Positions 39,161-49,199 of a stretch of 64,000 nt of DNA are shown piece by piece. Position numbers and translations under genes: made by a program. The first letter of the stretch is position 1; each line of letters starts with the position of its first letter. Location of the stretch: contig JAWLHJ010000001.1 in assembly GCA_041690395.1 (NCBI GenBank), positions 448,001-512,000 on the forward strand, given 5' to 3'. This DNA is from Longimicrobiales bacterium. GTDB lineage: Bacteria; Gemmatimonadota; Gemmatimonadetes; Longimicrobiales; Gaopeijiaceae. The notes below the pieces were generated by a model. It did not search any database. It was not told the DNA's origin and was given only the letters and a program-made list of their open reading frames with translations.

Positions 39161-40867
39161 ATGAAGAAGCTTCTGGCTCTGGGACTCGTGGGCGCGGCCG
39201 CCGCGTGCGGGGGAGACGACTCCGGCCGCGTGACCTTCTCCGACCCGTTCTGCGCCGACGTCATGCCGCGCGTGCAGGACTGGGTGGACCAGCAGCGCGA
39301 GGCCAACCCGGTGCCGGACGATCCGCGCTACGGCGGGACGGTGGTGGCCGGGGCGATCGGCGAGATCGCTGACGGGCTCAACGCCGCCGTCACCTCGGAT
39401 TACTCGTCGTCCCAGCACCAGATGTTCGTGGGGCTGATGACGCTCATCGAGTACGACGCGGACATCCAGGCGCAGCCGTACCTGGCGGAGTCGTGGGAGG
39501 TGTCCGAGGACGGCACCGAGCTGACCTTCCGGCTCCGGGACGACATCTACTGGCACGACGGCGAACGCACCGACGCGCACGACGTGGCGTTCACGTATCG
39601 CACCGTGACCAACCCCGAGACCGCCTTCCCGAACGCCGCGTTCTGGGACTACTACGTACGCGGCCCCGAGGGCGTCGAGGTGATCGACGACTTCACCGTT
39701 CGCATCCGGCTCCAGCCGCACTCGGAGTTCCTGAACGCCTGGTCGACGGTGGCCATCCTGCCCGAGCATCTGCTGGGCGACGTGCCGCCGGCCGAGCTCC
39801 GCCAGCACCCGTACGGCAGCGTGTGCCCCGTCGGGAACGGCCCGTTCGTCTTCGTCTCGCACGCGGCGCAGGACCGGTGGGTGTTCGACGCCAACCCGGC
39901 GTTCCCGGAGGGGACGGGCGGCCGCCCGTTCGTGGACCGCTACATCTACCGCGTCATCCCCGAGCCGACCACGCTCCTGACTGAGCTGCTCACCGAGAAC
40001 ATCGACGTCTACTTCGCCCCGACGCCCGACCAGGCGCCGCGCATCCAGGAGGCCGAGCACCTCGAGTTCCAGACGTTCACGTTCCGGAACTACGTGATGG
40101 TGGTGTGGAACTCCAGGCGACCCCAGCTGGCCGACGCGCGGGTGCGCCAGGCGCTGACCATGGGGACGAACCGTCAGGAGGTCGTGGACGCGATCCTGCG
40201 GGGATACGGCGCAGTGGCGCACACGAGCGTGCCGCCCTTCCACTGGGCGTACGATCCGGAGATCGAGAGCCTTCCGTACGATCCGGAAGGGGCCGCCGCG
40301 CTCCTCGAGGAGGCCGGGTGGGTGGACCGGGACGGGGACGGCGTGCGCGAGAATGCAGACGGAGTGCCCCTCTCCATCACTGTGAAGTACAACCAGGGGA
40401 ACCAGATCCGGCAGGACATCGCCGAGATCATGCAGGCCCAGCTCGCCGGCATCGGGGTCGAGATCGAGCCCCTGGTCGTGGAGTGGGGGACGCTCCTGCA
40501 GCAGATCAACACGCCGGAGCTCCGCGACTTCGACGGCGTGGTCATGGGATGGGTGACCGAGTTCCGGCTCGACGACACCGACCTCTTCCACTCGGGGCGC
40601 ATCGACCAGCCGTACGCATGGTCGGGCACGCAGAACCCCGAGCTCGACCGGCTTCTCGACCGCCTGGCCGTCACCCTCGACCGTGATGAAGCGGCGCCGC
40701 TGTGGGCCGAGTACCAGGACGCGCTCATCGAGGAGCAGCCCTACACGTTCTTCTACTTCATCGAGCGGCTCGACGGCTGGAACCGCCGCGTCGAGAACGT
40801 GGTGATGGATCAGCGCGGCGAGTGGGTGAACATCCGCGACTGGTACATCGACCCGGCGTCACGATGA
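39161..40867 (+). CDS. Peptide/nickel ABC transporter substrate-binding lipoprotein (family 5)
   Basis: Lipobox AAAAC, PYLAESWEVS..G..LTFRLR..WHDG...A.DV.FT, PVGNGPF and VRQAL motifs. Confidence 0.92.
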   Translation: MKKLLALGLVGAAAACGGDDSGRVTFSDPFCADVMPRVQDWVDQQREANPVPDDPRYGGTVVAGAIGEIADGLNAAVTSDYSSSQHQMFVGLMTLIEYDADIQAQPYLAESWEVSEDGTELTFRLRDDIYWHDGERTDAHDVAFTYRTVTNPETAFPNAAFWDYYVRGPEGVEVIDDFTVRIRLQPHSEFLNAWSTVAILPEHLLGDVPPAELRQHPYGSVCPVGNGPFVFVSHAAQDRWVFDANPAFPEGTGGRPFVDRYIYRVIPEPTTLLTELLTENIDVYFAPTPDQAPRIQEAEHLEFQTFTFRNYVMVVWNSRRPQLADARVRQALTMGTNRQEVVDAILRGYGAVAHTSVPPFHWAYDPEIESLPYDPEGAAALLEEAGWVDRDGDGVRENADGVPLSITVKYNQGNQIRQDIAEIMQAQLAGIGVEIEPLVVEWGTLLQQINTPELRDFDGVVMGWVTEFRLDDTDLFHSGRIDQPYAWSGTQNPELDRLLDRLAVTLDRDEAAPLWAEYQDALIEEQPYTFFYFIERLDGWNRRVENVVMDQRGEWVNIRDWYIDPASR

Positions 40868-40939
40868 GCCGGCCGGGCGGGTCGCGACTGCCGTGGCCGC
40901 CCGCGCCGTCGCGGGGCTGAGCGCCCGCCGGGGCCCTTC

Positions 40940-41926
40940 GTGACCCGTTACGTCGTCCGCCGGCTCCTCGGAGCCGTGCCGCTCGTGCTGGGCATCGCCA
41001 CGATCATCTTCTTCGTGGTGAACGCCGCGCCGGGTGACCCCACGCTCTACATGATGGCTCCGGGGATGAGCTCCGAGGTCGTGGAGCAGCTCCGGGTGAA
41101 TTACGGGCTCGACCAGCCCGTGCACGTGCGGTACGTGAAGTGGGTCGGCGCCATGCTCACCGGGGACTTCGGCTACTCGTTCTCGTACAACAGGCCGGTG
41201 CTGGACGTCCTCATGGACTTCCTCCCCAATACGCTCGTGCTGTCCGCGTGCGCGCTGGGCCTCGCCTTCCTGGTCGGGATCGTGCTCGGGACCATCCAGG
41301 CCGTGAAGCAGTACTCGGGCCTCGACTCCGCGCTCAGCGTCGTCCTGCTGTTCTTCTACTCGATGCCGTCGTTCTGGCTCGCCCTCATGCTGATCCTGAC
41401 GTTCAGCCTGATGGCGCGTAACGTGTGGGACTGGCCGATCTACTTCCCCGCGTCGGGGATCACGAGCACCGGCCACGACTTCATGGGGCCGTGGGAGCAG
41501 GTGGCGGATCGCGCGCGGCATCTGGTGCTGCCGACCCTCTCGCTCGCGCTGGTGCTGGCGGCCGGGATCGCGCGTTACATGCGCGGCAGCATGCTGGAGG
41601 TGATCCGGCAGGACTTCGTGCGGACGGCCCGCGCGAAGGGGCTGCCCGAGCGGACGGTCGTGTTCAAGCACGCGCTCCGGAACGCGCTCATTCCGGTGAT
41701 CACACTGGTGGGGCTCTACATCCCGGTGCTGTTCAGCGGCACGGTGTTCGTCGAGTACATCTTCGCGTGGCCGGGGATGGGGCGCGCGATCGTCGAAGCG
41801 ATCACGCGCCGCGACTATCCGCTCGTGATGGCGGCGTCGTTCTTCTTCGCGACCATGGTGGTGCTGGCCAACCTCCTCGCCGACGTGCTGTATGCGGTGG
41901 TGGACCCGAGGATCCGGTATGAGTAG
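40940..41926 (+). CDS. Opp/Dpp ABC transporter permease (B-type)
   Basis: PGDP, GLDQP..VRY, GDFGYS, TARAKGL and DPRI motifs. Confidence 0.93.
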   Translation: MTRYVVRRLLGAVPLVLGIATIIFFVVNAAPGDPTLYMMAPGMSSEVVEQLRVNYGLDQPVHVRYVKWVGAMLTGDFGYSFSYNRPVLDVLMDFLPNTLVLSACALGLAFLVGIVLGTIQAVKQYSGLDSALSVVLLFFYSMPSFWLALMLILTFSLMARNVWDWPIYFPASGITSTGHDFMGPWEQVADRARHLVLPTLSLALVLAAGIARYMRGSMLEVIRQDFVRTARAKGLPERTVVFKHALRNALIPVITLVGLYIPVLFSGTVFVEYIFAWPGMGRAIVEAITRRDYPLVMAASFFFATMVVLANLLADVLYAVVDPRIRYE

Positions 41927-43085
41927 GGGGGGCGCGATGGTCGGCGACCCCGTGACGGCCGGCCCCCGGCGCCGCGTGGTCGGCGGGCGCGGGCTCTCCG
42001 CGGTGTTGCCCGGCGCGCCCCAGCTTCTCGCGGGGCGGTGGGGGGTGGGGGCGGCGGCGCTGCTGGCCTGGGTCGGTTTCCTGTGGCTACTGGTGGCACG
42101 CTGGGACCGGGTGTGGGCGGGCGCCGGCGGCCCCTGGGACGAGCGGCTCGCCGTGGCCACCGTGGTGCTCGGGCTCGCGGGTGCGTGGGTCTGGTCGTGG
42201 CGCGACGCGGGCCAGCCCCTCGCCGGGCGAGCCGTCGCGGTGAGCCAGTGGGACCTGGCCGTGCGCGCGTTCTCCAGGAACCGGACCGCGGTGGCCGGGC
42301 TGATCGTGATCGGCGGATTATATGCGCTTGCCCTGGTCACACCCCTCGTCGCCCCCTACGACCCGCTCGCGCAGGGCGACCTGATGACCGAGCGGTACGT
42401 CGGGCTCTCGGCCGCGCACCCGCTCGGCACGGACCAGTTCGCGCGGGACGTGCTGTCGCGTCTTCTCTACGGAGCGCGCATCTCGCTCTCGATCGGGTTC
42501 GTGGCGGTCGCCATCAGCGTGACCATCGGAACGCTGCTCGGGGCGGTGGCGGGTTACCTCGGCGGCCTCGCGGACACCGTCATCATGCGCTTCGTCGACA
42601 TGGTGATCTCGTTCCCGCGGCTGATCCTCCTCATCACGATCATCGCGCTCTTCCAGCCGTCGATCTTTCTGATCACGGCGGTGCTGGGGCTCACGCTCTG
42701 GCCGAGCACTGCGCGTATCGTGCGGGGCGAAGTATTGAGCCTCCGGGAGCGTGAGTTCGTGCAGGCGGCCGTCGCGCTCGGCTATTCCAAGACGCGCATC
42801 ATCTTCAAGCATCTGATCCCCAACGCGCTGGCCCCGGTGATCGTCGCCGCGACGCTCGGCATCGGGAACACGATCGTGCTCGAGGCGGGCCTCTCGTTCC
42901 TGGGACTCGGCGTGCAGCCGCCGACACCGTCGTGGGGGACGATGGTCGACGCGGGCCGGGGCGTTCTGCTCGACGCCTGGTGGCTGTCGACGTTCCCGGG
43001 GCTGGCGATCGTGTTCACGGTGCTGTCGTTCAACTTGGTGGGCGACGGGCTGCGCGACGCGCTCGATCCGAGGCTGCGGTCATGA
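41919..43085 (+). CDS. Opp/Dpp ABC transporter permease (C-type) with an N-terminal membrane extension
   Basis: HPLGTD...RD..SR..YGARISL, LSFLGLG..PP.PSWG and [11 protein letters not shown] motifs. Confidence 0.92.
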   Translation: MSRGGAMVGDPVTAGPRRRVVGGRGLSAVLPGAPQLLAGRWGVGAAALLAWVGFLWLLVARWDRVWAGAGGPWDERLAVATVVLGLAGAWVWSWRDAGQPLAGRAVAVSQWDLAVRAFSRNRTAVAGLIVIGGLYALALVTPLVAPYDPLAQGDLMTERYVGLSAAHPLGTDQFARDVLSRLLYGARISLSIGFVAVAISVTIGTLLGAVAGYLGGLADTVIMRFVDMVISFPRLILLITIIALFQPSIFLITAVLGLTLWPSTARIVRGEVLSLREREFVQAAVALGYSKTRIIFKHLIPNALAPVIVAATLGIGNTIVLEAGLSFLGLGVQPPTPSWGTMVDAGRGVLLDAWWLSTFPGLAIVFTVLSFNLVGDGLRDALDPRLRS

Positions 43086-44119
43086 GCGGGGGCGAGACGG
43101 CCACGGCGGGCGGGCCGGAGCGGCCCCCCGCGCTCCTCGAGGTCACGGGGCTCCGCACCTGGTTCGACACCGACCAGGGCACGGCGCGGGCCGTGGACGG
43201 CGTCACGTTCGACGTGCGGGCCGGAGAGACGGTCGGCATCGTCGGCGAGTCGGGGTGCGGCAAGACGGTCACGTCGCTGTCCGTGCTGGGGCTCCTCCCG
43301 ACGCCCCCGGCGCGCGTGCTCGACGGGAGCTCCATCCGCTTCCGGGGCGAGGAGCTGGTGGGCGCGACGGCGCGTAGGCTGCGTGCTATTCGAGGCAACG
43401 AGATCTCGATGATCTTCCAGGAGCCGATGAGCTCGCTGAACCCGGTCTATCCGATCGGCGACCAGATCGGCGAGACGCTCCGGCTGCACCGTGGTATGAG
43501 CCGCAGGGAAGCGCGCACGGAAGCCGTGCGGCTGCTTGACGAGGTGGGCATCGCCGGGGCGGAGCGCCGGGTCGACGAGTATCCGCACGAGCTCTCGGGC
43601 GGCATGCGGCAGAGGGTGATGATCGCGATGGCGCTTTCGTGCGCGCCCGACCTCCTCATCGCGGACGAGCCGACGACCGCGCTCGACGTGACGATCCAGG
43701 CGCAGATCCTCGAGCTGCTGGCGGCGCTGCGCGCGAGCCGGGGGATGGCCGTGCTGCTCATCACGCACGACCTGGGCGTCGTAGCCGAGGTGTGCGACCG
43801 CGTGGTGGTCATGTACGCGGGCCAGGTGGTCGAGCGCGGTACCGTCGAGGAGATCTTCGCCGACCCGCGGCACCCTTACACGCGCGGGCTGCTCGATTCG
43901 CTGCCGTCCGTGGACGAGCCCGGCCGACGCCTCGTGCCGATCCCGGGCACCGTCCCCGCTCCGACCGACTGGCCGGATGGGTGCCGCTTCCGGGCGCGCT
44001 GCCCGCTGGCCGAAGAGCGGTGCGGGGAGCCGCAGGACCTGGTGGGGCTCGGTCGCGAGGACCGGGCGGCGCGGTGCTGGAAGGCGCCCGCGGTGGGCGC
44101 GGGGCGGGAGCGGCCGTGA
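43082..44119 (+). CDS. Opp/Dpp ABC transporter ATPase (D-type)
   Basis: [28 protein letters not shown] and GCRF..RC motifs. Confidence 0.93.
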   Translation: MSGGETATAGGPERPPALLEVTGLRTWFDTDQGTARAVDGVTFDVRAGETVGIVGESGCGKTVTSLSVLGLLPTPPARVLDGSSIRFRGEELVGATARRLRAIRGNEISMIFQEPMSSLNPVYPIGDQIGETLRLHRGMSRREARTEAVRLLDEVGIAGAERRVDEYPHELSGGMRQRVMIAMALSCAPDLLIADEPTTALDVTIQAQILELLAALRASRGMAVLLITHDLGVVAEVCDRVVVMYAGQVVERGTVEEIFADPRHPYTRGLLDSLPSVDEPGRRLVPIPGTVPAPTDWPDGCRFRARCPLAEERCGEPQDLVGLGREDRAARCWKAPAVGAGRERP

Positions 44120-45129
44120 GCGAGGCGCCGCCCGCGGCCGCCGAGCCGCTCCTCCAGGTCCGCCGGCTGAAGACAGGGTTCCCGGTGCGGGGGGGCGCGC
44201 TGGGCCGCTCCGGGGCCGTCCTGAAGGCCGTGGACGGCGTCGACTTCGAGATCCGTCGGGGGGAGACGCTCGGCCTCGTCGGCGAGTCGGGGTGCGGCAA
44301 GTCCACGACGGGCCGGTCGATCCTGAGGCTCATCGAGCCCGACGAAGGGGAGATCCGCTTCGACGGGATGGACGTGCGCGCGCTCGACCGCAAGGAGCTC
44401 AGGCGCTTCCGCAGGCGCGCCCAGATCGTCTTCCAGGACCCCTACGGGTCGCTGAACCCGAGGCTGTCGGTCGGTGCGATGCTCGAGGAGGTGCTGCGCG
44501 TGCACGGGCTGGGCTGGGCGGACCGGCGCGGGCGGGTGGTGGAGCTGCTGGAGCGGGTCGGGCTGCGACCGGAGCACGTGGACCGGTATCCGCACGAGTT
44601 CAGCGGCGGTCAGAGGCAGCGGCTCGGCATCGCGCGGGCGCTGTCCGTGGAGCCCGAGCTACTCGTGCTCGACGAGCCGGTGAGCGCGCTCGACGTGTCG
44701 GTCCAGGCGCAGGTGGTGAACCTCCTCGAGGATCTCCAGCGTGACCTCGGACTCACGTATCTGTTCATCGCCCACGACCTCGCGCTGGTGGAGCACGTGA
44801 GTGACCGGGTCGCCGTCATGTACCTGGGCCGCATCGTGGAGAACGCTCCCGCGGATCGGCTCTACCGGGATCCGCGACACCCGTACACGCGCGCGCTCCT
44901 TTCGGCGGTACCACGCCCCGATCCGATCGGTCGTGCGCAGCGGACGCGCATCGTTCTGGGGGGAGATGTGCCCAGCCCGATCTCGCCTCCGAGCGGCTGT
45001 CCGTTCCACCCCAGATGCCCGCATCCCGCCAAGGACGAGACGTGTTCTTCGCTCCGTCCGGCGCTGGAGGAGAAGGTCGCCGGACACGTCGCGGCCTGTC
45101 ACAAGGCGGCCCTCGGGCCCGGGAAGTGA
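44116..45129 (+). CDS. Opp/Dpp ABC transporter ATPase (F-type)
   Basis: [27 protein letters not shown] and GCPFHPRC motifs. Confidence 0.93.
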   Translation: MSEAPPAAAEPLLQVRRLKTGFPVRGGALGRSGAVLKAVDGVDFEIRRGETLGLVGESGCGKSTTGRSILRLIEPDEGEIRFDGMDVRALDRKELRRFRRRAQIVFQDPYGSLNPRLSVGAMLEEVLRVHGLGWADRRGRVVELLERVGLRPEHVDRYPHEFSGGQRQRLGIARALSVEPELLVLDEPVSALDVSVQAQVVNLLEDLQRDLGLTYLFIAHDLALVEHVSDRVAVMYLGRIVENAPADRLYRDPRHPYTRALLSAVPRPDPIGRAQRTRIVLGGDVPSPISPPSGCPFHPRCPHPAKDETCSSLRPALEEKVAGHVAACHKAALGPGK

Positions 45130-45261
45130 ACCCTTGACACCCTCCGGGGCCTACAGCCATGTTGCGACCCTCGAAAAAAACGCGCTTCCATCAAGGGTTA
45201 ACGATGGAAGTGCAGCGTAACGTACGCTCACCAGAAACTCTCGCTGGAGGTCCCCTTGGCG

Positions 45262-45951
45262 ATGCACCTGTACGCCGCACTGCTCCAGATCCCGGGCGTC
45301 GATGCCCCTGCGCTCACATGGCAGGAGCAGATCTCGACGAACTGGGAGAACACCGGCTTCATGCGCTGGCCGCTCGCTTTCTGTCTGGCGCTGGGCATCA
45401 TCGTCATCATCGTCAAGTTCATCTCCCTGACGGCGAAGGCTGCGAAGACGCGCCAGATCCTCAAGGACGTCGACGAGCTTCTGACGCAGCGCCGGATCAA
45501 AGAGGCGCTCGAGCTGACCCGTGACACCGACGCGCCGGCCGCGAACATCCTCTACGCCGGTCTCGAGCGTCATGAGGAAGGCACCGAGCGCGTCATGAAG
45601 GCGATCGAGAACCAGGGCCTCATCGAGATGAGCAAGCTCGAGAAGGGTCTCGTGGTCCTCGCCACGCTGACGAACGTCGCGCCGCTCCTCGGCTTCCTCG
45701 GAACGGTGATCGGTATGATCATCGCCTTCCAGTCGATCGAGGCCGCAGGTGAGGTCGAGGCGACGCTGGTTGCCGGTGGTATTAAGGTCGCGCTCCTGAC
45801 GACCGCGATCGGTCTGATGATCGCGATCCCGGTGTCGATCGGTCACAACTACTTCGTGGCCCGCATCGACAGCCTCGTGATCGACATGGAGGAGTCCGCC
45901 CAGAAGATGGTCGACACCCTCCACGCCATCGAGACGGGGCGCGCCAGCTAG
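45262..45951 (+). CDS. MotA/TolQ/ExbB proton channel protein
   Basis: APLLGFLGTV.GMI.AF and GI..AL.TTA.GL.IAIP motifs. Confidence 0.92.
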   Translation: MHLYAALLQIPGVDAPALTWQEQISTNWENTGFMRWPLAFCLALGIIVIIVKFISLTAKAAKTRQILKDVDELLTQRRIKEALELTRDTDAPAANILYAGLERHEEGTERVMKAIENQGLIEMSKLEKGLVVLATLTNVAPLLGFLGTVIGMIIAFQSIEAAGEVEATLVAGGIKVALLTTAIGLMIAIPVSIGHNYFVARIDSLVIDMEESAQKMVDTLHAIETGRAS

Positions 45952-45987
45952 GACGGCGCTTCCGGAAGTACACGGCGCGAGCCGAAC

Positions 45988-46021
45988 GAGGGCCGGTCCG
46001 GGTTTCCCGGGCCGGCCCTTC
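45988..46021 (+). terminator. GC hairpin after the ExbB-like gene
   Basis: GAGGGCCGGTCCGGG-TTT-CCCGGGCCGGCCCTTC. Confidence 0.6.
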
Positions 46022-46108
46022 GTGCGTTGGTGCGGCGCGGGCGGGTGCGCCGGCGGAGGGGGCTGGTTGGTGGGCGGCGCCGGCGGGCGAGAGCTTCGGA
46101 TCGGCAGT

Positions 46109-46253
46109 TCGAAAGTCGTTCGAAAGTCGAACGAGTTGCGAGGGCCCGTGGGTAGCCGGCCTCGTGCGTTCGTCCGCGCGCTACGGGGCTTTCCGCGGCA
46201 GGCGTCGTCGTGACGTGACGGCTGCGATCGTTCGAACCTCGAACGACTTTCGA
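46109..46253. repeat. ~145-bp inverted-repeat-bounded element, copy 2
   Basis: Left arm TCGAAAGTCGTTCGA-AAG-TCGAACGA; right arm TCGTTCGA-ACC-TCGAACGACTTTCGA (15 + 8 bp perfect inverted repeat); 145 bp. Confidence 0.9.
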
Positions 46254-46259
46254 TTCCGC

Positions 46260-46275
46260 TGGCGGGAACCTTGCA
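46260..46275 (+). promoter_or_regulatory. Possible sigma54 (or ECF GGAACC) promoter of the lytic transglycosylase
   Basis: TGGCGG-GAACC-TTGCA (GG-N10-GC), 48 bp upstream of the ATG. Confidence 0.4.
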
Positions 46276-46323
46276 GCGTGATTATCGATAGCTGAGGTAC
46301 TCCCACTCCGCGCCGGACACACC

Positions 46324-48792
46324 ATGCCCAGAAGCTTGATCCCCTGCAGCGTCACCGTACTGGCCCTGATCGTGCTGGCCAACGGTCCGCGCTGGAGTGA
46401 CCGCGGGCTCGTGCCCGACGACTGGGCGACCTCGGGGCTCGTGACATCGGCGTACGCCGACGAGGGTCTGCCGGGTGAGGCGCTCCACGTGCCCAGCGAC
46501 CCGGTCCACCGGGCGCTCGCGCGGCTCCGCGCGGCGGGGGCGACCTCGCTCGATGCGCCCTCCGACTCCGCGCTGGACGAGCTCGCGGCCGGCCGCTACT
46601 GGCACGCCGCGCTCGCGCTCCGCGCGGAGGGCATGGCCGACTCCGACCCCGAGCACGTTCTCCTGCTGGCCAGCGCCGAGGCCGGCTGGAACAACTGGAC
46701 GGGGGTGCGCCTGCTGCTCGACGATGCCGACTGGCTTGAAGAGGTCGGCGAAGGCGACGGCCTGTTCCTGATGGGCCGGGCGCTGGAGCGGGCCGAGCGC
46801 TGGTCCGAGGCGGCGGCCGCCTTCGACCGCTACATCGACGTCGCCGGTGGCGACGCGGCCGAGCGATCGGCCGCGCGGGTGCGGGGGGTGCGGGCGCTCT
46901 GGCGGGCCGGGGAGCGTGAGGCCGCGGAGCAGGGACTCGAGATGCTCGTCGGGACGCCCACCGTGCGGAGCTGGCTCGCCGCCGACCTGGTCCGCGAGGC
47001 CGTGGCGGAGGGAGACACGGTGGCGACCCGGACGCTCCTCACCCGCGTCACCGACGAGGTCGCCCTGGACGAGGTGTGGCGTGCCGAGGCCGACGCGCTG
47101 CTCGCGGCGGACGACCCGGAGCGTGCGCTCGATGCCTTCGAAGCACTGGTCGAGCGGCTCGGGTCCGAGGGCGCTTCGGAGCGCCGCGTGGCGGAAACCC
47201 ACGTCGAGGTCGGCCTGCTCCGCCTCGCCGCCGGCGACACCACCGCCGCGTTGGACGCGCTGACCGCGGGCTTCGAGGACACGGCGGGCTCCGCTCTGTC
47301 GCGCGCCGCGGCGGCGCTGGTCGACATCGGCGGGCAGGACGCCGCCACCAACCTGCGGCTGGCGTCGATCCTGGACCGCGCCGGCGACGGACGACGCGCC
47401 CTGCGCGCCTATGACCGGGCCCACCGCCTGGCGAACGACCTCGGCCAGCCGATGCCCGCGTCGGCCCGTCTCGAGCGGGCCCGCCTCATGGCGACCGTCC
47501 GCGATCGCCAGGACGAAGCGCTCGAGGAGTTTCGCGAGCTCCGCGAGTCACTCGACGACCCGGGCTTGGCCGCGCGCAACCTGGAGATCTGGGCGCGCAT
47601 GCGAGAGCGCCAGGGTCGCACGGGCGACGTGAGGACGCTCCGTGGATGGCTCGTGGACGAGTACCCCGGGAGCGACCAGGCCGCCGAGGTCGTCTTCATG
47701 CGCGGATACGACGCCGAGCAGGCCGGGCGCGTGGGTGAGGCCCTCCGACACTACGAGGCGGTCGCCGAGGCGGCCCGGAGCCACAGCCGGGCCGGCCAGG
47801 CGCGCATGCGGGCGGGCCAGATCCACCTGGCGCGTGGCGAGACGGGGCGCGCCGCCGAGACCTTCGAGGCGTATCTCACCGACTTCCCGGAGGGGCGGCG
47901 TTGGGAGGAGGCCGCCTACTGGGCGGGCCGGACCCGACTGGAGGCCGGCGACCGGGAGGCGGGCCTCGGGCATCTGCGGCGCGTCATGGGCCAGCCGATC
48001 TCCTACTACGCGGTGATGGCCGCGGACCTGGCCGAAGAGGCGTACACGGTCGAGCTCGAGCCCGGGGTCGACCCGGTCGAGCCCGATTGGCTGACCGATG
48101 GGCTCTCCCGCCTCGACGTGCTGGCCGACGCCGAGCTCCGACGGGGCGCCGACGCCGAGGTCGCGCGGCTCCGCGACCGGGCCCGTGGCGACCGTGCGGT
48201 GACCGTGCGGCTCGCGGAAGCGCTCATCGAGCGGGGCCGGACCATCGATGGCATCAACCTGGGCTGGGCCCTGGTCGACGACGGCGGCTGGGACCGCGCC
48301 GTGCTCCGGATCACCTTCCCGTTCCCGTACCGCGAGCTGGTACGGCGGGAAGCCGAGGAGTGGGGCGTCGACCCGATCATGCTGGCCGCGCTCATCCGTC
48401 AGGAGTCGGCGTTCAAGGCCGACATCGTGAGCCACGCGGGGGCGATCGGGCTCATGCAGGTCATGCCGCCCACCGGAGCCCAGCTCGCCAGGGCCCACGG
48501 CCCGGCCGGCTTCACGTCCGACGCGCTGTCGAACCCGGAGGTGAACCTGCACCTCGGCTCGGCGTTCCTGGTGGAGATGACCCGCCGTTTCGACGGCGCG
48601 CTCCCGCTCGTGCTCTCCGCGTACAACGCCGGGCCCTCCCGGGCGGTGCGTTGGCGCGAGTTCCCGGAGATGGCGGACGAGCTCCGATTTACCGAGCGGA
48701 TCCCGTTCGTCGAGACCCGCGGCTACGTGAAGAACGTGCGCCGTAATCTGGGCCTCTACCGGGCGCTGTACGGGGACGACGAGCTGGACTGA
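46324..48792 (+). CDS. TPR-containing soluble lytic transglycosylase (Slt70-like)
   Basis: N-terminal signal, TPR-like helices, then IRQES, GAIGLMQVMP, AYNAGP and ETRGYV SLT motifs. Confidence 0.92.
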   Translation: MPRSLIPCSVTVLALIVLANGPRWSDRGLVPDDWATSGLVTSAYADEGLPGEALHVPSDPVHRALARLRAAGATSLDAPSDSALDELAAGRYWHAALALRAEGMADSDPEHVLLLASAEAGWNNWTGVRLLLDDADWLEEVGEGDGLFLMGRALERAERWSEAAAAFDRYIDVAGGDAAERSAARVRGVRALWRAGEREAAEQGLEMLVGTPTVRSWLAADLVREAVAEGDTVATRTLLTRVTDEVALDEVWRAEADALLAADDPERALDAFEALVERLGSEGASERRVAETHVEVGLLRLAAGDTTAALDALTAGFEDTAGSALSRAAAALVDIGGQDAATNLRLASILDRAGDGRRALRAYDRAHRLANDLGQPMPASARLERARLMATVRDRQDEALEEFRELRESLDDPGLAARNLEIWARMRERQGRTGDVRTLRGWLVDEYPGSDQAAEVVFMRGYDAEQAGRVGEALRHYEAVAEAARSHSRAGQARMRAGQIHLARGETGRAAETFEAYLTDFPEGRRWEEAAYWAGRTRLEAGDREAGLGHLRRVMGQPISYYAVMAADLAEEAYTVELEPGVDPVEPDWLTDGLSRLDVLADAELRRGADAEVARLRDRARGDRAVTVRLAEALIERGRTIDGINLGWALVDDGGWDRAVLRITFPFPYRELVRREAEEWGVDPIMLAALIRQESAFKADIVSHAGAIGLMQVMPPTGAQLARAHGPAGFTSDALSNPEVNLHLGSAFLVEMTRRFDGALPLVLSAYNAGPSRAVRWREFPEMADELRFTERIPFVETRGYVKNVRRNLGLYRALYGDDELD

Positions 48793-48891
48793 GCGTCTTT
48801 CGGTCGCCGGCCGCGGGCCCGCTTGCGCCGACGTCGTCCCTGTATCTAAGGTGGATCTGAGAAGGAAGTCTCCTGGAGCGGAGGATACGCG

Positions 48892-49089
48892 ATGAAGGGA
48901 ACCGTGAAGTGGTTCAACGACTCGAAGGGATACGGCTTCATCAAGCCCCCGGAGGGCGACGAGGTCTTCGTCCACTTTTCGGCGATCGTCGGGGACGGCT
49001 TCCGGACCCTGGCCGAGGGCGATGAAGTGGAGTTCGAGATCCAGGAATCCGATCGCGGAGTGAAGGCGGCGAACGTCATCCGCGCCTGA
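48892..49089 (+). CDS. cspA: Cold shock protein
   Basis: [15 protein letters not shown] and VFVHFSAI (RNP1/RNP2). Confidence 0.95.
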   Translation: MKGTVKWFNDSKGYGFIKPPEGDEVFVHFSAIVGDGFRTLAEGDEVEFEIQESDRGVKAANVIRA

Positions 49090-49199
49090 CGTCCCGGCCC
49101 GGTGGTCGGGGGGGCGGGTTCGCCCGATCGGAGCCATCCGATATCTTCGTGCGTCCTTGAGCCAGCCCACGGGCTGCCGACCCCCGACCCCGATCCGCC

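Noticed and set aside
46107..46121. GTTC-N7-GTTC alphaproteobacterial LexA box in the left arm of copy 2
   Set aside because: The first G is absent in copies 1 and 3, the match arises from the 11-bp internal periodicity, and downstream genes are not SOS genes.
46109..46253. 145-bp elements as a CRISPR array or as further GEMM riboswitches (they contain TCGAAAG)
   Set aside because: Copies are isolated and their arms are inverted, not direct repeats with spacers; no cas genes; no GEMM P2/P3 motifs.
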